64,000 nucleotides of DNA, taken from the NCBI GenBank assembly GCA_963748215.1, contig CAVVHS010000009.1, positions 352,001 through 416,000 of the forward strand. The letters are read 5' to 3'. Within the stretch, counting starts at the first letter, position 1, and each line of letters begins with the position of its first letter. Below are positions 10,240 through 21,070 of this stretch, piece by piece. The DNA comes from an uncultured Gammaproteobacteria bacterium. GTDB lineage: Bacteria; Pseudomonadota; Gammaproteobacteria; UBA9214. The position numbers and the translations under genes were made by a program. The notes under the pieces were generated by a model, which saw nothing but the letters and a program-made list of their open reading frames with translations, was not told the DNA's origin and searched no databases.

Positions 10240-10597
10240 TGGAAGCCGGAAATCCTTGCGGGACTTTTTGCGGGACTCGGTTATGCATCGTCCTGTCTCG
10301 TGGTGCAGAGTGTGCAACGGGCGCCACGGTAAGTTATTGAAGTGAAAGGCTGAAAAATCACCTTTCTGTCCTTTTAATCCGATAGTCGTTGGTTCGAGCC
10401 GAGGACGACGCAGTCGGCCGAGACAACAGCGTCGTATAGGCGACGCTGACCCCGAAGGGGCGAGGGCGTAGCCCGAGTAATCCAACACGACCCACCATTA
10501 AAGGGGATTCTGCGGGGATTAACCGCAAATTTTCCTCGTTGGTTAAATTCTGCCTGTAGAGAATTCTTGGTTGCGCACCAGTAACAGACTCGAATCA
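10240..10597 (+). repeat. att-like repeat copy 2 (tRNA-Lys 3' half with T-loop insert)
   Basis: CTTTTAATCCGATAGTCGTTGGTTCG[10397-10478]AATCCAACACGACCCACCA; right arm interrupted by the IS at 10598. Confidence 0.92.
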
Positions 10598-11751
10598 TGT
10601 CCTTCCCGAAAATACGTACTGCCTGATATTCTTGACCTTTTTCAGAGACGCTATCAATCTGGTGTCCGCTGTCATTGTTAGTATCCAGAATCATGAAGCC
10701 CATTGTCTGCGCGCTGTTACTGCTGGTGTCTACTGTGGTCCGTTCGCGGGTTTCCCTGCAGCTCGAGATTGTGGCACTGCGACATCAACTTGCCGTGTAT
10801 CAGAGATCAACCAAACACCTGCAGATTAGCTCCGAAGACCGTATTCTCTGGTCGTGGTTCGCGCGCCGCTGGTCGGGGTGGTGTGATGCGCTGGTTTTTG
10901 TCCAGACAGGGACTGTGATTGCCTGGCAGCGTAAACGTTATCGCGATCGTTGGGCCAAATTGAGCAAGCATGGCAGGCCCGTTAGACCGCCGGTATCAGA
11001 ACAAATCAAGGCGTTGATCCGCAAGATGTCGGCAGCCAATATCAGCCGGGGTTCACCACGGATTGTCGGGGAGCTACACAAGCTCGGCATCGATGTTGCT
11101 AAATCAAGCGTGGAGAAGTACCGGGTGCGGCCCAGTAAGCCATCCTCTCCGACGTGGAAGGCTTTTCTGAATATTCATCTCAGGGACCTGGTGTCCATTG
11201 ATTTCTTCGTGGTGCCAACCGTGAGAAACATCGCGCTGTTAGTTTTGGTGGTACTCGCACATCATCGTCGCAGGGTTGTGCACCTCAATGTCACGGAGCA
11301 TCCGACCGCCCTGTGGACAGGTCAGCAGATCATTGAAGCATCCCCTGGGATACGGCACCGAAATATCTACTGCGGGACCGAGATGCTGTCTATGGAAGCC
11401 AATTCCAGAAACGCGTCCAAAGCATGGGTATCGAAGAGGTGCTCTCGGCGCCGCGAAGCCCCTGGCAGTATGCATTTGTGGAACGCGTCATTGGCAGCAT
11501 CCGGCGAGGTCGTCTGGATCATGTCGTTGTGTTGAACGATTGTCATTTGAAACGAATGCTGACGTGTTATTTCAACTATTACCATCACTGGCGCACGCAT
11601 CTTTCGCTGGGAATGGACAGTCGCGGGTCGCGATCTGTGCAGTCACCAGACCTTGGAAAGGTAGTACAATTTCCAGAAGTCGGTGGTCTACATCACCATT
11701 ATGAACGGTTGGCGGCATGATAGGGTGTGATACGAGTTTTCAGGAAGGACA
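10598..11751 (+). mobile_element. IS481-like insertion sequence with frameshifted rve (DDE) transposase (about 10693-11720)
   Basis: 21-bp imperfect terminal inverted repeats tgtccttcccgaaaatacgta / tacgagttttcaggaaggaca; SIDFFVVPT, SPWQYAFVERVIGSIRR, GGLHHHYERLAA. Confidence 0.85.
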
Positions 11752-12248
11752 TCTTTCCTGACCTGGGGCGGGGGCAAAGCGGACCGCGAAAAAGAAGCCG
11801 GCCCCGAAAACCCTCATATCCGTGCGACGGACAGGCCGAAAAAGCACAAAAATGGGGGGTTCCCACCGGTAACGGCGAAATCCGGGCCAATTTTGTGGCG
11901 GCCCTGGGGCTGGGTTGGCCTTCAACTGCATCCAGGGAAGGGTTAGGCGTGACTGGGCCTGATATGCGCTGCGTGTTTATGAGGACATTAAAAGATTTTG
12001 CTGTGAGAATTCACACTTTTCCGGAAGCTCGGCTACCATAGGGTAGCAGCGCAATGGGGTATTCGAAACACACGATTGCACGTAGGCTTTAACCCTGTGG
12101 CATGGTTGCTGTCATACACCTGAGTAGAACTTTTTGTCCGTTGATCGATCTACTTAATTCGAACGTCCGGGTCAGTGGCTGATGCTTGAGGCGGGCACTC
12201 CGTCTCGGTGTGGTTCGTATAAACAGCTAACACAATGAGGATAATTTA

Positions 12249-13101
12249 ATGTTCACCAGCAATCCCTTTTCCGAGCTTTCGGCATCTATATCACCCATAG
12301 TCATGCAGGGGTACGTCATCTTGATGGTCCTGCTGGTCATAGGCGGAACTGTACTTGATATGATTCACAAGAAAAGTGCGCAGTACTTTTTCGAGAATGC
12401 GAAAAAAGCGAAAAAGAGCGCGAAACGGTCTGTGGGCACTGGTGAAAAGGCATCAATTGCCGTTCAAGGTGCTGGCTAATGAAGTGTTAACTTCCGGTGA
12501 ATTCTGCAACATAAAACGCAGGCTTTCCCATCTTTTGACCATGTATGGCTTCATTATTTTCGTCGCAACGACCGCCATTATGATTTTTGCCTATCCGACG
12601 CCGGCGACGCCTACGCCAGCCATCCTGCCGCAACTGTGGCATATCGGCGCACTGATGCTGGCTATTGGTGGATACTGGTTCTGGTTCTTTATCCGCGTTG
12701 ATGTGTCTGCGGAAGGCCTTTCGTGGTATCGCTTCGAACGTACGGATTTGTTTATTGTCTCGCTGCTCACTACTGCGACATTCGGATTAATCTGGTCCTA
12801 TACGCAGTCGCAGGGCATTGCCGGATGGTCAACCCTGGTCTTCGTTTTGTTCATCGTCTCAAGCACGATGCTTTTTGGCAGCGTATTCTGGTCCAAGTTC
12901 GCACATATGTTCTTCAAGCCTGCCGCTGCTTTTCAGAAACGTGTTACCCGTGCCGATGGTTCAAGAGAGAATTTACCTGCTGATTACGATCTGACGGATC
13001 CTGCAGTACAGGCAAAATTTCCGGATATCCCGGAATATATGGGCAAGAACCCAGCTTACATGGGGCATGGTATCAAGCGTGAGTCAGCAAACCACTACTA
13101 A
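12249..13101 (+). CDS. aprM: Adenylylsulfate reductase membrane anchor AprM (+1 frameshift near 12467)
   Basis: Multi-TM protein with RRLSHLLTMYGF and WSKFAHMFFKP directly upstream of aprBA. Confidence 0.85.
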
Positions 13102-13142
13102 CATTCATTCAATTACCGTTACAGGAATAGAGAGAATATATT

Positions 13143-13625
13143 ATGCCAACTTTCGTATATATGACTCGTTGTGATGGTTGTGGCCAGTGCGTTGATATCT
13201 GTCCATCTGACATCATGCACATCGATAAAACACTTCGTCGTGCTTACAACATTGAACCTAACATGTGCTGGGAATGTTATTCCTGCGTAAAAGCCTGCCC
13301 TCACCACGCGATTGATGTGCGTGGTTATGCAGATTTCGCTCCACTGGGTCACTCGGTACGCGTGCTCCGTGATGAGGAAAAAGGCACGATTGCGTGGCGC
13401 ATCAAGTTCCGCAACGGCAAAAAAGACATGGATCTTCTGGCGCCTATCACAACCAAACCCTGGGGCACCGCAATTCCCCAGCTGTCCGAAGAAGCAGCAC
13501 CAAGTAACGAAATGCGTGACAGTGAGCTGTTGTTTAACGAGCCCAAGTATATCCGCCTGGATGAAGGTGGCTTGCACACACTTGAGTCAAATGGCCTGAA
13601 ACTGAAAGAAGGGGTGTACTACTAA
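13143..13625 (+). CDS. aprB: Adenylylsulfate reductase beta subunit
   Basis: MPTFVYMTRCDGCGQCVDICPSD...CWECYSCVKACP; two 4Fe-4S motifs. Confidence 0.97.
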   Translation: MPTFVYMTRCDGCGQCVDICPSDIMHIDKTLRRAYNIEPNMCWECYSCVKACPHHAIDVRGYADFAPLGHSVRVLRDEEKGTIAWRIKFRNGKKDMDLLAPITTKPWGTAIPQLSEEAAPSNEMRDSELLFNEPKYIRLDEGGLHTLESNGLKLKEGVYY

Positions 13626-15491
13626 TGGGCTACAAAACTATTATTGAAGACGATATCGACATCCTGGTAGCAGGTGCCGGCCTCGGTGGTACCGGTGCTG
13701 CATTTGAAGCAAGATATTGGGGCAAGGACAAAAAAATTGTCATTGCAGAAAAAGCAAACATCGATCGTTCTGGTGCAGTAGCCCAGGGTCTTTATGCGAT
13801 CAACTGCTACATGGGTACACGCTTCGGCGAAAACAATCCAGAAGATCACGTCCGTTATGCGCGTATGGATCTGATGGGTATGGTTCGTGAGGATCTGGCC
13901 TTTGATATGGCGCGTCACGTTGACTCCACTGTTCACCAGTTTGAAGAGTGGGGCCTGCCGTTGATGAAAGACCCCAAGACGGGTCACTATATGCGTGAAG
14001 GGCGTTGGCAGATCATGATTCACGGTGAATCATACAAGCCGATCGTTGCAGAAGCCGCGAAAAAATCAGCAGACAAGGTATTCAACCGTATCTGCGTAAC
14101 CCATCTGCTGATGGATGATGCCAAAGAGAACCGCGTCGCGGGTGCTGTTGGATTCAATGTGCGTACGGGTAACTACCACGTATTCAAGTCCAAGACCGTT
14201 ATCTGTGGTGCCGGTGGTGCTTCTAACATCTTCAAGCCACGTTCAGTCGGTGAAGGTGCGGGTCGTGTCTGGTATGCCCCATGGTCATCCGGTTCTGCAT
14301 ATGGTCTGATGATCGAAGCAGGCGCGAAAATGACACAGATGGAAAACCGTATCGTACTGGCTCGATTCAAGGATGGTTACGGCCCGGTGGGCGCCTACTT
14401 CCTGCACCTCAAGACTTATACACAGAATGGTCTGGGTGAAGAGTATGAATCCAAGTGGTTCCCGGCGCTGACCGAAATGGTCGGTAAGGAATATCTGGAT
14501 ACGGAAGGCCAGCATTTGTCCCACAAGCCAATACCGACCTGTTTGCGTAACCATGCATTTATCTCTGAGGTGAATGCCGGTCGTGGTCCTATCCACATGG
14601 TGACCATGGAAGCCTTCCAGGATCCTCATCTTGAAGAGATCGGCTGGCACAACTTCCTGGGCATGACCGTTGGTCAGGCGGTACTTTGGGCGGCAACAGA
14701 CGTTGATCCTAAATACGAAAACCCTGAACTAACCACTTCTGAGCCATATGTTATGGGTTCACATGCAACGGGTTGTGGTGCATGGTGCTCAGGTCCGGAA
14801 GATGTTTCTCCACCGGAGTACTACTGGGGCTATAACCGTATGACCACAGTTGAAGGTCTGTTTGGCGCGGGTGATGCGGTCGGTGGTACACCGCACGCAT
14901 TCTCATCGGGTTCTTTCACTGAAGGTCGTCTGGCTGCTAAAGCTGCCTGTAAGTACATTGATGATGGCAAGGCCGAAGGCATTCGAGTTTCTGAGAAGCA
15001 GATTTCTGATCTTAAAGAGAAGATTTACAAGCCATTGGAAACCTATCAAAGTTTATAGCAATGAAATCGTTGGCGGTTCAGTTAATCCAAACTTCATCAA
15101 CCCAAGACAGGGTCTGGATCGTTTGCAGAAACTGATGGATGAGTATTGTGGTGGTTTTGGTGTCAACTACATGACCAACGAAAAACTGCTCCAAATCGGT
15201 CTCAAGAAGCTTAAAACGCTTGAGGAAGACATGGAGAAGATTGCGGCGGAAGATATCCACGAGCTGTTGCGTGCATGGGAATTAAATCACCGTGTTCGCA
15301 CTTCTGAAAGCGTGTTCCAGCATACCTTGTTCCGTAAGGAAACGCGTTGGCCTGGTTACTACTACCGTGGTGATGCGATGAAACTGGATGATAAAAACTG
15401 GCACGTGCTGACAGTTTCTCATCGTGATCGTAAGACGGGTGAGTACACTATGGAGAAAGCACCCCTTTACCACCTGGTGGGTGATGAATAG
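13625..15491 (+). CDS. aprA: Adenylylsulfate reductase alpha subunit (+1 frameshift near 15047)
   Basis: RSGAVAQGLYAINCY, WQIMIHGESYKP, C-terminal ETRWPGYYYRGD in the second frame. Confidence 0.96.
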
Positions 15492-15540
15492 GGTAATAGC
15501 CGAGTAAATATCAAGATTAATTTCTACTTGTCTTTGAAAT

Positions 15541-15574
15541 AAAGACCAGCATATTGTTTGTTGGTCTTTTTTTT
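15541..15574 (+). terminator. Probable intrinsic terminator after aprA
   Basis: aaagaccagc...gttggtcttt hairpin followed by a T-run. Confidence 0.65.
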
Positions 15575-15637
15575 CCATAGTTTAGTAGTATGCGGCCTTT
15601 GTTCGATCGATAGTCCTGCGAAACTTATATGTTTTAA

Positions 15638-16003
15638 GTGAACAATAGAATGATGAATATTATTGAAAAAACAGATGAAGAGATATTGGCGCTCGCTAAC
15701 CCAATGTGGGCTGATCTTGTTAAATACTCGAATGAACAAAACTACGGTGCTTTCACCCGACATTTCGCAGCAGCTATGCTGATGGGTGCAAATGAAATCG
15801 AGATGGGCAAACAGTTTGCAAGAAGTGAATTGACAAAGAACCTGTCTGAAAATTACGAATATCTTGGCATAATACGCCGTGGTGAACATGTAACGGTTTT
15901 ATATAAACAAAGACATACCAAGAAAGAGGGCGAGTGGCTGGGCAGGCTGGTGCTGGGTTATGAAAAGGACAAGGTAAAAATATTTGGTGCTACGCTGTTC
16001 TAG
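15638..16003 (+). CDS. Hypothetical protein (apr-associated)
   Basis: 121-aa ORF, co-oriented within the apr cluster. Confidence 0.7.
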   Translation: MNNRMMNIIEKTDEEILALANPMWADLVKYSNEQNYGAFTRHFAAAMLMGANEIEMGKQFARSELTKNLSENYEYLGIIRRGEHVTVLYKQRHTKKEGEWLGRLVLGYEKDKVKIFGATLF

Positions 16004-16035
16004 GGCAGCTTTATCGATAACAGGTTTTTCTGGTT

Positions 16036-16545
16036 ATGTCAGATACAATACAAAACGAAAAATTCGTTGAACTAAGTTATAAAATCATCGATGAAAAAAC
16101 CGGTGACATACTTGTTACTGTTGATTATCCTCTGGGGTATGTTCATGGTGTGAATGATGTTTTGTCTGATCAGGTGACAAAGCAACTGGATGGCAAAAAA
16201 GTCGGTGATATCATCGAAGTGCCTGTTGACACTAAACTGCTATATGGTGAGAGAGACGAATCACTTGTGTTTACTGACCACATCGAAAATGTTCCTGAAG
16301 AGTATCGAGAGATCGGTATGACCATTACCATGGAAAATGAAAAGGGTGAGCCCAGAAATTTTATCGTCACCCGTTTCGATGACAAAACATTAACCGTCGA
16401 TGGAAATAATCCACTGTGTGGTAGAGACGTTGTTTTCAGGTTGGAAGTGTTGAACATACGTGAAGCGACCGATGAAGAAATCGATCTTGGCGGAGCTGTT
16501 GACGCCGACCCAGACTTAAATGATATTTTCAGCCGGGCAAAATGA
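16036..16545 (+). CDS. SlyD-like FKBP-type peptidyl-prolyl isomerase
   Basis: PLGYVHG, LTVDGNNPLCGRDVVFRLEVLNIREATDEEI. Confidence 0.88.
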   Translation: MSDTIQNEKFVELSYKIIDEKTGDILVTVDYPLGYVHGVNDVLSDQVTKQLDGKKVGDIIEVPVDTKLLYGERDESLVFTDHIENVPEEYREIGMTITMENEKGEPRNFIVTRFDDKTLTVDGNNPLCGRDVVFRLEVLNIREATDEEIDLGGAVDADPDLNDIFSRAK

Positions 16546-17720
16546 AATTCTCCAATACTTACATATTTTACCCGGTCAATAAGGCCTTGGAACGTGCAAT
16601 AGCAAATTCTATAGCCGGGCTTGGTGAGGAATCGGCCAAAGTTGCTGCTCCGGATACCAGGGTAACCGCAGCTGATAATTTTCTTTATACACGGGGAAAT
16701 TATGAACAGCATCGTTTCAGTTCCAATATTCTTGACAGTGCGCGTGAGGCACTTGAAGCATCACTGACAGATGAATATCGCGACAAGGAGCCATTAGCCT
16801 GGGCTGAGACTCATAATAGTCTTGGCAATATTCTTGCGGCACAGGGGCAACAGCAGAGAGATGTTGAATTGTATGAAAAGGCCATTCAGTGTTTTAACAA
16901 TGCGCTAGCAGAGTTTAACCAGGAAAAGTCACCCCTCGACTGGGCAGCAACACAAAATAACCTGGGAACCGCAAAGCAAGCTTTGGGCCGGCAACTGGAT
17001 AACTCGAAATTGCTGAAAGAATCCATTGATGCTTATACTAATGCGTTATTGGAATGGTCTCGAAAAAAGACGCCTGAAGAATGGGCATCAGCCATGCATC
17101 AACTTGGTGCTACTTTCCATACTTATGGCAAACTTTTAAAAGGTAACCGTACTTTTCAAAAGTCCGTTGTCGCCTATAAAAATGCAATCGCAGAGTTCGA
17201 TGCTGATAATAATGCTTTCGAGTTGGCCGCTACACACAATAATTGTGGTGCAGTACTGCATAATTTGGCTGAATCAGAAGAAAACCCGGATCGCCTGGAA
17301 GAGGCAATAAGATCATATGAGACGGCATTGACAGTTTGCATGGAGCAGCAACTTCCCATTCATCTCGCAGTACTATGCAAGGTAAACAGGTCTACCGCTC
17401 GAGGCGTGCTGGCTGAGTTAACAAAAGACACTACAATTGCCGACGAAGCGGCTGATGAGTTTGAATTGATTATCGAATGTTTTCCGCATGCGCTTCAACC
17501 ACTCTGTTTAAAGCATTGCGAGGAGCAAATTAATAGGGCAAAGTGCGCTAGCATGCGATTAGCTCTAGCAGATGAATCAGGAAACAAGAAGGCGCTTGAT
17601 TTTGTTATTTACGTCAGTCAAGTGGGAGGGCTGACATACCTGTTTATATTCCACTCGTTTCAACCATTTAGGAGTTATGACTATGAGCGATGCACCAAAA
17701 ACCAGGCCCAAAGTTCCTGA
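16542..17720 (+). CDS. Tetratricopeptide repeat protein (true stop possibly earlier)
   Basis: Repeated WAxTxNNLG TPR motifs; tail overlaps the next small ORF and may be read-through. Confidence 0.8.
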   Translation: MKFSNTYIFYPVNKALERAIANSIAGLGEESAKVAAPDTRVTAADNFLYTRGNYEQHRFSSNILDSAREALEASLTDEYRDKEPLAWAETHNSLGNILAAQGQQQRDVELYEKAIQCFNNALAEFNQEKSPLDWAATQNNLGTAKQALGRQLDNSKLLKESIDAYTNALLEWSRKKTPEEWASAMHQLGATFHTYGKLLKGNRTFQKSVVAYKNAIAEFDADNNAFELAATHNNCGAVLHNLAESEENPDRLEEAIRSYETALTVCMEQQLPIHLAVLCKVNRSTARGVLAELTKDTTIADEAADEFELIIECFPHALQPLCLKHCEEQINRAKCASMRLALADESGNKKALDFVIYVSQVGGLTYLFIFHSFQPFRSYDYERCTKNQAQSS

Positions 17721-17844
17721 AGGCAAGTCACGTTTTCTGACAACCACTCAGATGGAGGCTAATGAAAAAGGCTACGTTGGCTATAAAACTACCTGGGAAG
17801 CATTCCAGAAAGAAGTACCATACAAGACCCCCAAGAAGCCTTGA
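17683..17844 (+). CDS. Small 53-aa basic protein, not in the ORF track
   Basis: AGGAG RBS at 17670; MSDAPKTRPKVPEGKSRFLTTTQMEANEKGYVGYKTTWEAFQKEVPYKTPKKP; followed by a GC hairpin. Confidence 0.7.
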   Translation: MSDAPKTRPKVPEGKSRFLTTTQMEANEKGYVGYKTTWEAFQKEVPYKTPKKP

Positions 17845-18031
17845 GATATTCAGCCGCGCGTACCTGCAAGGTCGCGCGGCCACCAAGTCTGATTTTTTGT
17901 TTGTATAAGGGTGTTTTTTTTGCGGGCTTTTTTGAAATCCGAAATATTAACTTTGCATACGGCTAAGTCGCTTGTGCTTGGACTTGGTACTGGCGGGTGA
18001 CAGCACCTTGCAGCCACCTTCTAATTTCGTT

Positions 18032-18160
18032 GGCTCTTCCCCAAATCGAGTGGGTAGATTACCGTTGTAGGGCCGAATTCATTCGTCCAACAACCTTGGC
18101 ATCATAAGGAATGCGTCTCGTCTGAATTGATGTGTTACCCACTCAATCAGGGGAAGATCC
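18032..18160. mobile_element. 129-bp MITE with 8-bp target-site duplication
   Basis: Inverted ends ggctcttccccaaatcgagtgggta / tacccactcaatcaggggaagatcc; flanked by direct ATTTCGTT at 18024-18031 and 18161-18168. Confidence 0.85.
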
Positions 18161-18174
18161 ATTTCGTTTATAGC

Positions 18175-18591
18175 TTAAATACGATTAGAAAGCTGGTAAT
18201 CCACATTAATAAAAGCGCCAATATCTGCCAGGAAACGAATCGTTCTGGCGCCGAAACCAACATCGGGTGCTGTTTCGTTTTTATCGACTGACAAAACCAG
18301 GACCACGCCAATTCGGGGTGATAAATTATGGCTTTTTATCACTTCAAGGATCTTTTCCTTGACCGGTTCAATTTGCTTGATAAGTTCGTTCGTCAAATCA
18401 TAAACGTCCACATCATCAGTAATCGTTTCCGTAGATAACTCCCATGAACTGATCACGGGTTTGTCCAATCCGCTGCTTGCACCGGAAGCATCGACTGCGG
18501 TGGGTTCTATGCCAAGCAGGCGAGTGATGTCATCGGGATTGAAATGATAGCCACTTAGTGTGAAGTAGGCCCTTCCTTTATTAGAAGCCAA
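18175..18591 (-). CDS. DUF4279 domain protein
   Basis: AYFTLSG..FNPDDITRLLGIEPT...FLADIGAFINVD pattern. Confidence 0.75.
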   Translation of the reverse strand: MASNKGRAYFTLSGYHFNPDDITRLLGIEPTAVDASGASSGLDKPVISSWELSTETITDDVDVYDLTNELIKQIEPVKEKILEVIKSHNLSPRIGVVLVLSVDKNETAPDVGFGARTIRFLADIGAFINVDYQLSNRI

Positions 18592-18638
18592 GATATTACC
18601 CTGATCAATTGATTGTAAATATGATGGGTGATTATAGC

Positions 18639-19725
18639 GTGTGTGTGGCGAATTGTTACACAGGCTGCTGCGGGCACCTGGTATAGCTCACGGCAATGAG
18701 ATTTCCAACTGAGTTTGTTGAGATCCGCACGGTGGATAATGGCTTCACCACTGATTTCTGACGGTGTATTGCCGTCGAGTGGATTGTGCACACGATGAGC
18801 GTTGTAATACTGCCGAAAGTTTTCCAATTTCCTCTCCAGGTCGCTGGCGTTCCAGAAGAGTGCCTGGTCAAGATATTCGCGGCGAATGGTCCTGATCAGC
18901 CATTCGACGAAGGAATGCGATAACGGTACGTACGGAACGGGTTTGATCTCTTCGACATTCATGATGCGAAGATTCGCTTGCCATCGGTGATACAGGAATA
19001 AAGGGTCATTGTCAGAACTGAGGTAGTGTGGAATACCTCTGGGTAGAGGACGCCTTGTTGAACATGCGACAAAGGGCAATACCATCGACATCGCCCGTAT
19101 GGACGCCAAAGCCGATGATGCGCCGAGTGAACTGATCCATGATGACGAGTACCCGGTGGCTCTTCGAAAGAATGGATTCACACCGAAACTGATCAATGCT
19201 CCAGAGGCTGTCCTTCGTGTGTTCTGGAAAAGACAGCCATGATGGCCCATTGTCATCGGAGCTTGGCCGGTAATGTGCGGCGAGGACACGCCGCACTACA
19301 TCTTTATCGATGTCGATTACGAACGCGTTGTTGATCTGTTGTGCGATTCGTGGGCATCCGAATCGAGGATTGCGTTGCTTCAGTTCGACGTTAGCCTGGA
19401 TGGGTTCCTGCGATGGGCCCTTGGGACCTGGCTTGCTTTTGCTGCCAGATGAATACAGCCGTTGATAATTTCGCTTCTTGAGAATGTCGTCAAATGCCAA
19501 AAGCGTCGATGGCCGAATAATCACGTCGACCCGCTGAATGCGGCATGGGCTGAGAAACAGCGACCAGAAGCCGAGCAGGAGTCTATCAAGTGCCGAAAGA
19601 TTGGGTGCGCGTCTCCTGGCGCGGTTCATAACCAGGAGCTGCTGCTTCATGAGGAGGCTGTCAGCGACGACAGCCCCCGCCCCGCCGGGCCCCGGCAGTA
19701 ACCTGCTCAGCATAAAGTGGAGATG
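18639..19725 (-). mobile_element. Degenerate rve/integrase-core IS transposase remnant
   Basis: Fragments KPGPKGPS...NPRFGCPRIAQQI, DSLWSID, VPLSHSFVEWLIRTIRREYLD across frames. Confidence 0.85.
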
Positions 19726-19826
19726 AATTCTGGATACGTAATAGCTTGCTACTTACCCTTTACATGATGTTCTTCGCTACAATAGCTCCCTGTTACACCT
19801 TATTCATTTGACAAGCATAGAGAAAT

Positions 19827-21035
19827 TTGAACTCATCGATTACGAGAGCGGTTGACGTCCTCATCATCGGCGCCAGCGCCGCCGGGCTGATGTGTGCAAT
19901 CGAGGCAGGCAAGCGGCAACGCAGTGTGCTGGTCATCGATCACGCCAACAAGGCCGGCAAGAAGATCCTGATGTCCGGTGGCGGCCGCTGTAACTTTACC
20001 AACTACCAGGTCGGTGCGCATAACTTCCTGTCCCACAATCCGCATTTTTGTAAATCCGCCTTGAGTCGTTTCACTCAATGGGATTTTATCTCCATGGTCG
20101 AACGCCACGGCATTCCTTACCACGAGCGCGAGCATGGCCAGTTGTTTTGTAATGACAGCGCCAAGGACATTCTGAACATGTTACTCGAGGAATGCCAACG
20201 TGCAGAGGTGCGCGTACAACTCGACACCTCGGTTGGAGAAATTAAAAAAAACAGTGATGGCCGCTTCCAGGTTAAGATCGAAAATCGCCTTCAACCCGCT
20301 GTTACCGATTGCCAATCCCTGGTGGTGGCCAGCGGCGGCCTCTCGATCCCCAAGATGTGCGCCAGTCCGATTGGTTACCGTATTGCCGAACAGTTTGGAA
20401 TAAACATCCGGGCCACCCGTGCCGGTCTTGTACCCTTTACCCTGCATGAGGCAGATAAACAACGCTTTGCAGAGTTGGCTGGGATCGCGGTGGAGAGTGT
20501 CGTCTCGAATAACCGCGCCCGGTTTCGCGAGAACATCCTGTTCACCCATCGGGGCTTGAGTGGTCCGGCGATCCTGCAAATTTCTTCCTACTGGCAGCCC
20601 GGCGAAAGTGTCACGATTAATTTATTACCCGACAAACACGTCGCCGAACTGCTCACCGTTGCACGCCAGACTGAGGCCAGTAAAAAACTCAAGACCATCC
20701 TGACGCAATGGCTACCAAAGCGATTGGTGGCGGCCCTGATCGATGATGCACTGCTGGAGAACCCGTTACAGCATCTGAATCAGGAGCAGATTCAGTTTGT
20801 CAGTGACGCCATCCATCAATGGGCGCTGCGACCCAATGGGACCGAAGGCTATCGTACGGCAGAAGTCACGCTCGGGGGTGTGGATTGTGATGCACTCTCG
20901 TCAAAAACCATGGAATCCCAAAACGTGGCCGGATTATATTTTATTGGTGAGGTGCTGGACGTGACGGGCTGGCTAGGCGGTTATAACTTTCAGTGGGCCT
21001 GGTCGTCCGGCTGGTGTGCGGGACAATATGCCTGA
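19827..21035 (+). CDS. HI0933/YhiN (BaiN) family flavoprotein
   Basis: GKKILMSGGGRCNFTN, ENILFTHRGLSGPA, GWLGGYNFQWAWSSG. Confidence 0.93.
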   Translation: MNSSITRAVDVLIIGASAAGLMCAIEAGKRQRSVLVIDHANKAGKKILMSGGGRCNFTNYQVGAHNFLSHNPHFCKSALSRFTQWDFISMVERHGIPYHEREHGQLFCNDSAKDILNMLLEECQRAEVRVQLDTSVGEIKKNSDGRFQVKIENRLQPAVTDCQSLVVASGGLSIPKMCASPIGYRIAEQFGINIRATRAGLVPFTLHEADKQRFAELAGIAVESVVSNNRARFRENILFTHRGLSGPAILQISSYWQPGESVTINLLPDKHVAELLTVARQTEASKKLKTILTQWLPKRLVAALIDDALLENPLQHLNQEQIQFVSDAIHQWALRPNGTEGYRTAEVTLGGVDCDALSSKTMESQNVAGLYFIGEVLDVTGWLGGYNFQWAWSSGWCAGQYA

Positions 21036-21070
21036 ATGCATAGGCCGGCAACCAGGCGGTTACCGGCTTA

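Noticed and set aside
11755-12240. Structured ncRNA or riboswitch upstream of aprM
   Set aside because: No recognisable family motif or convincing stem set by eye.
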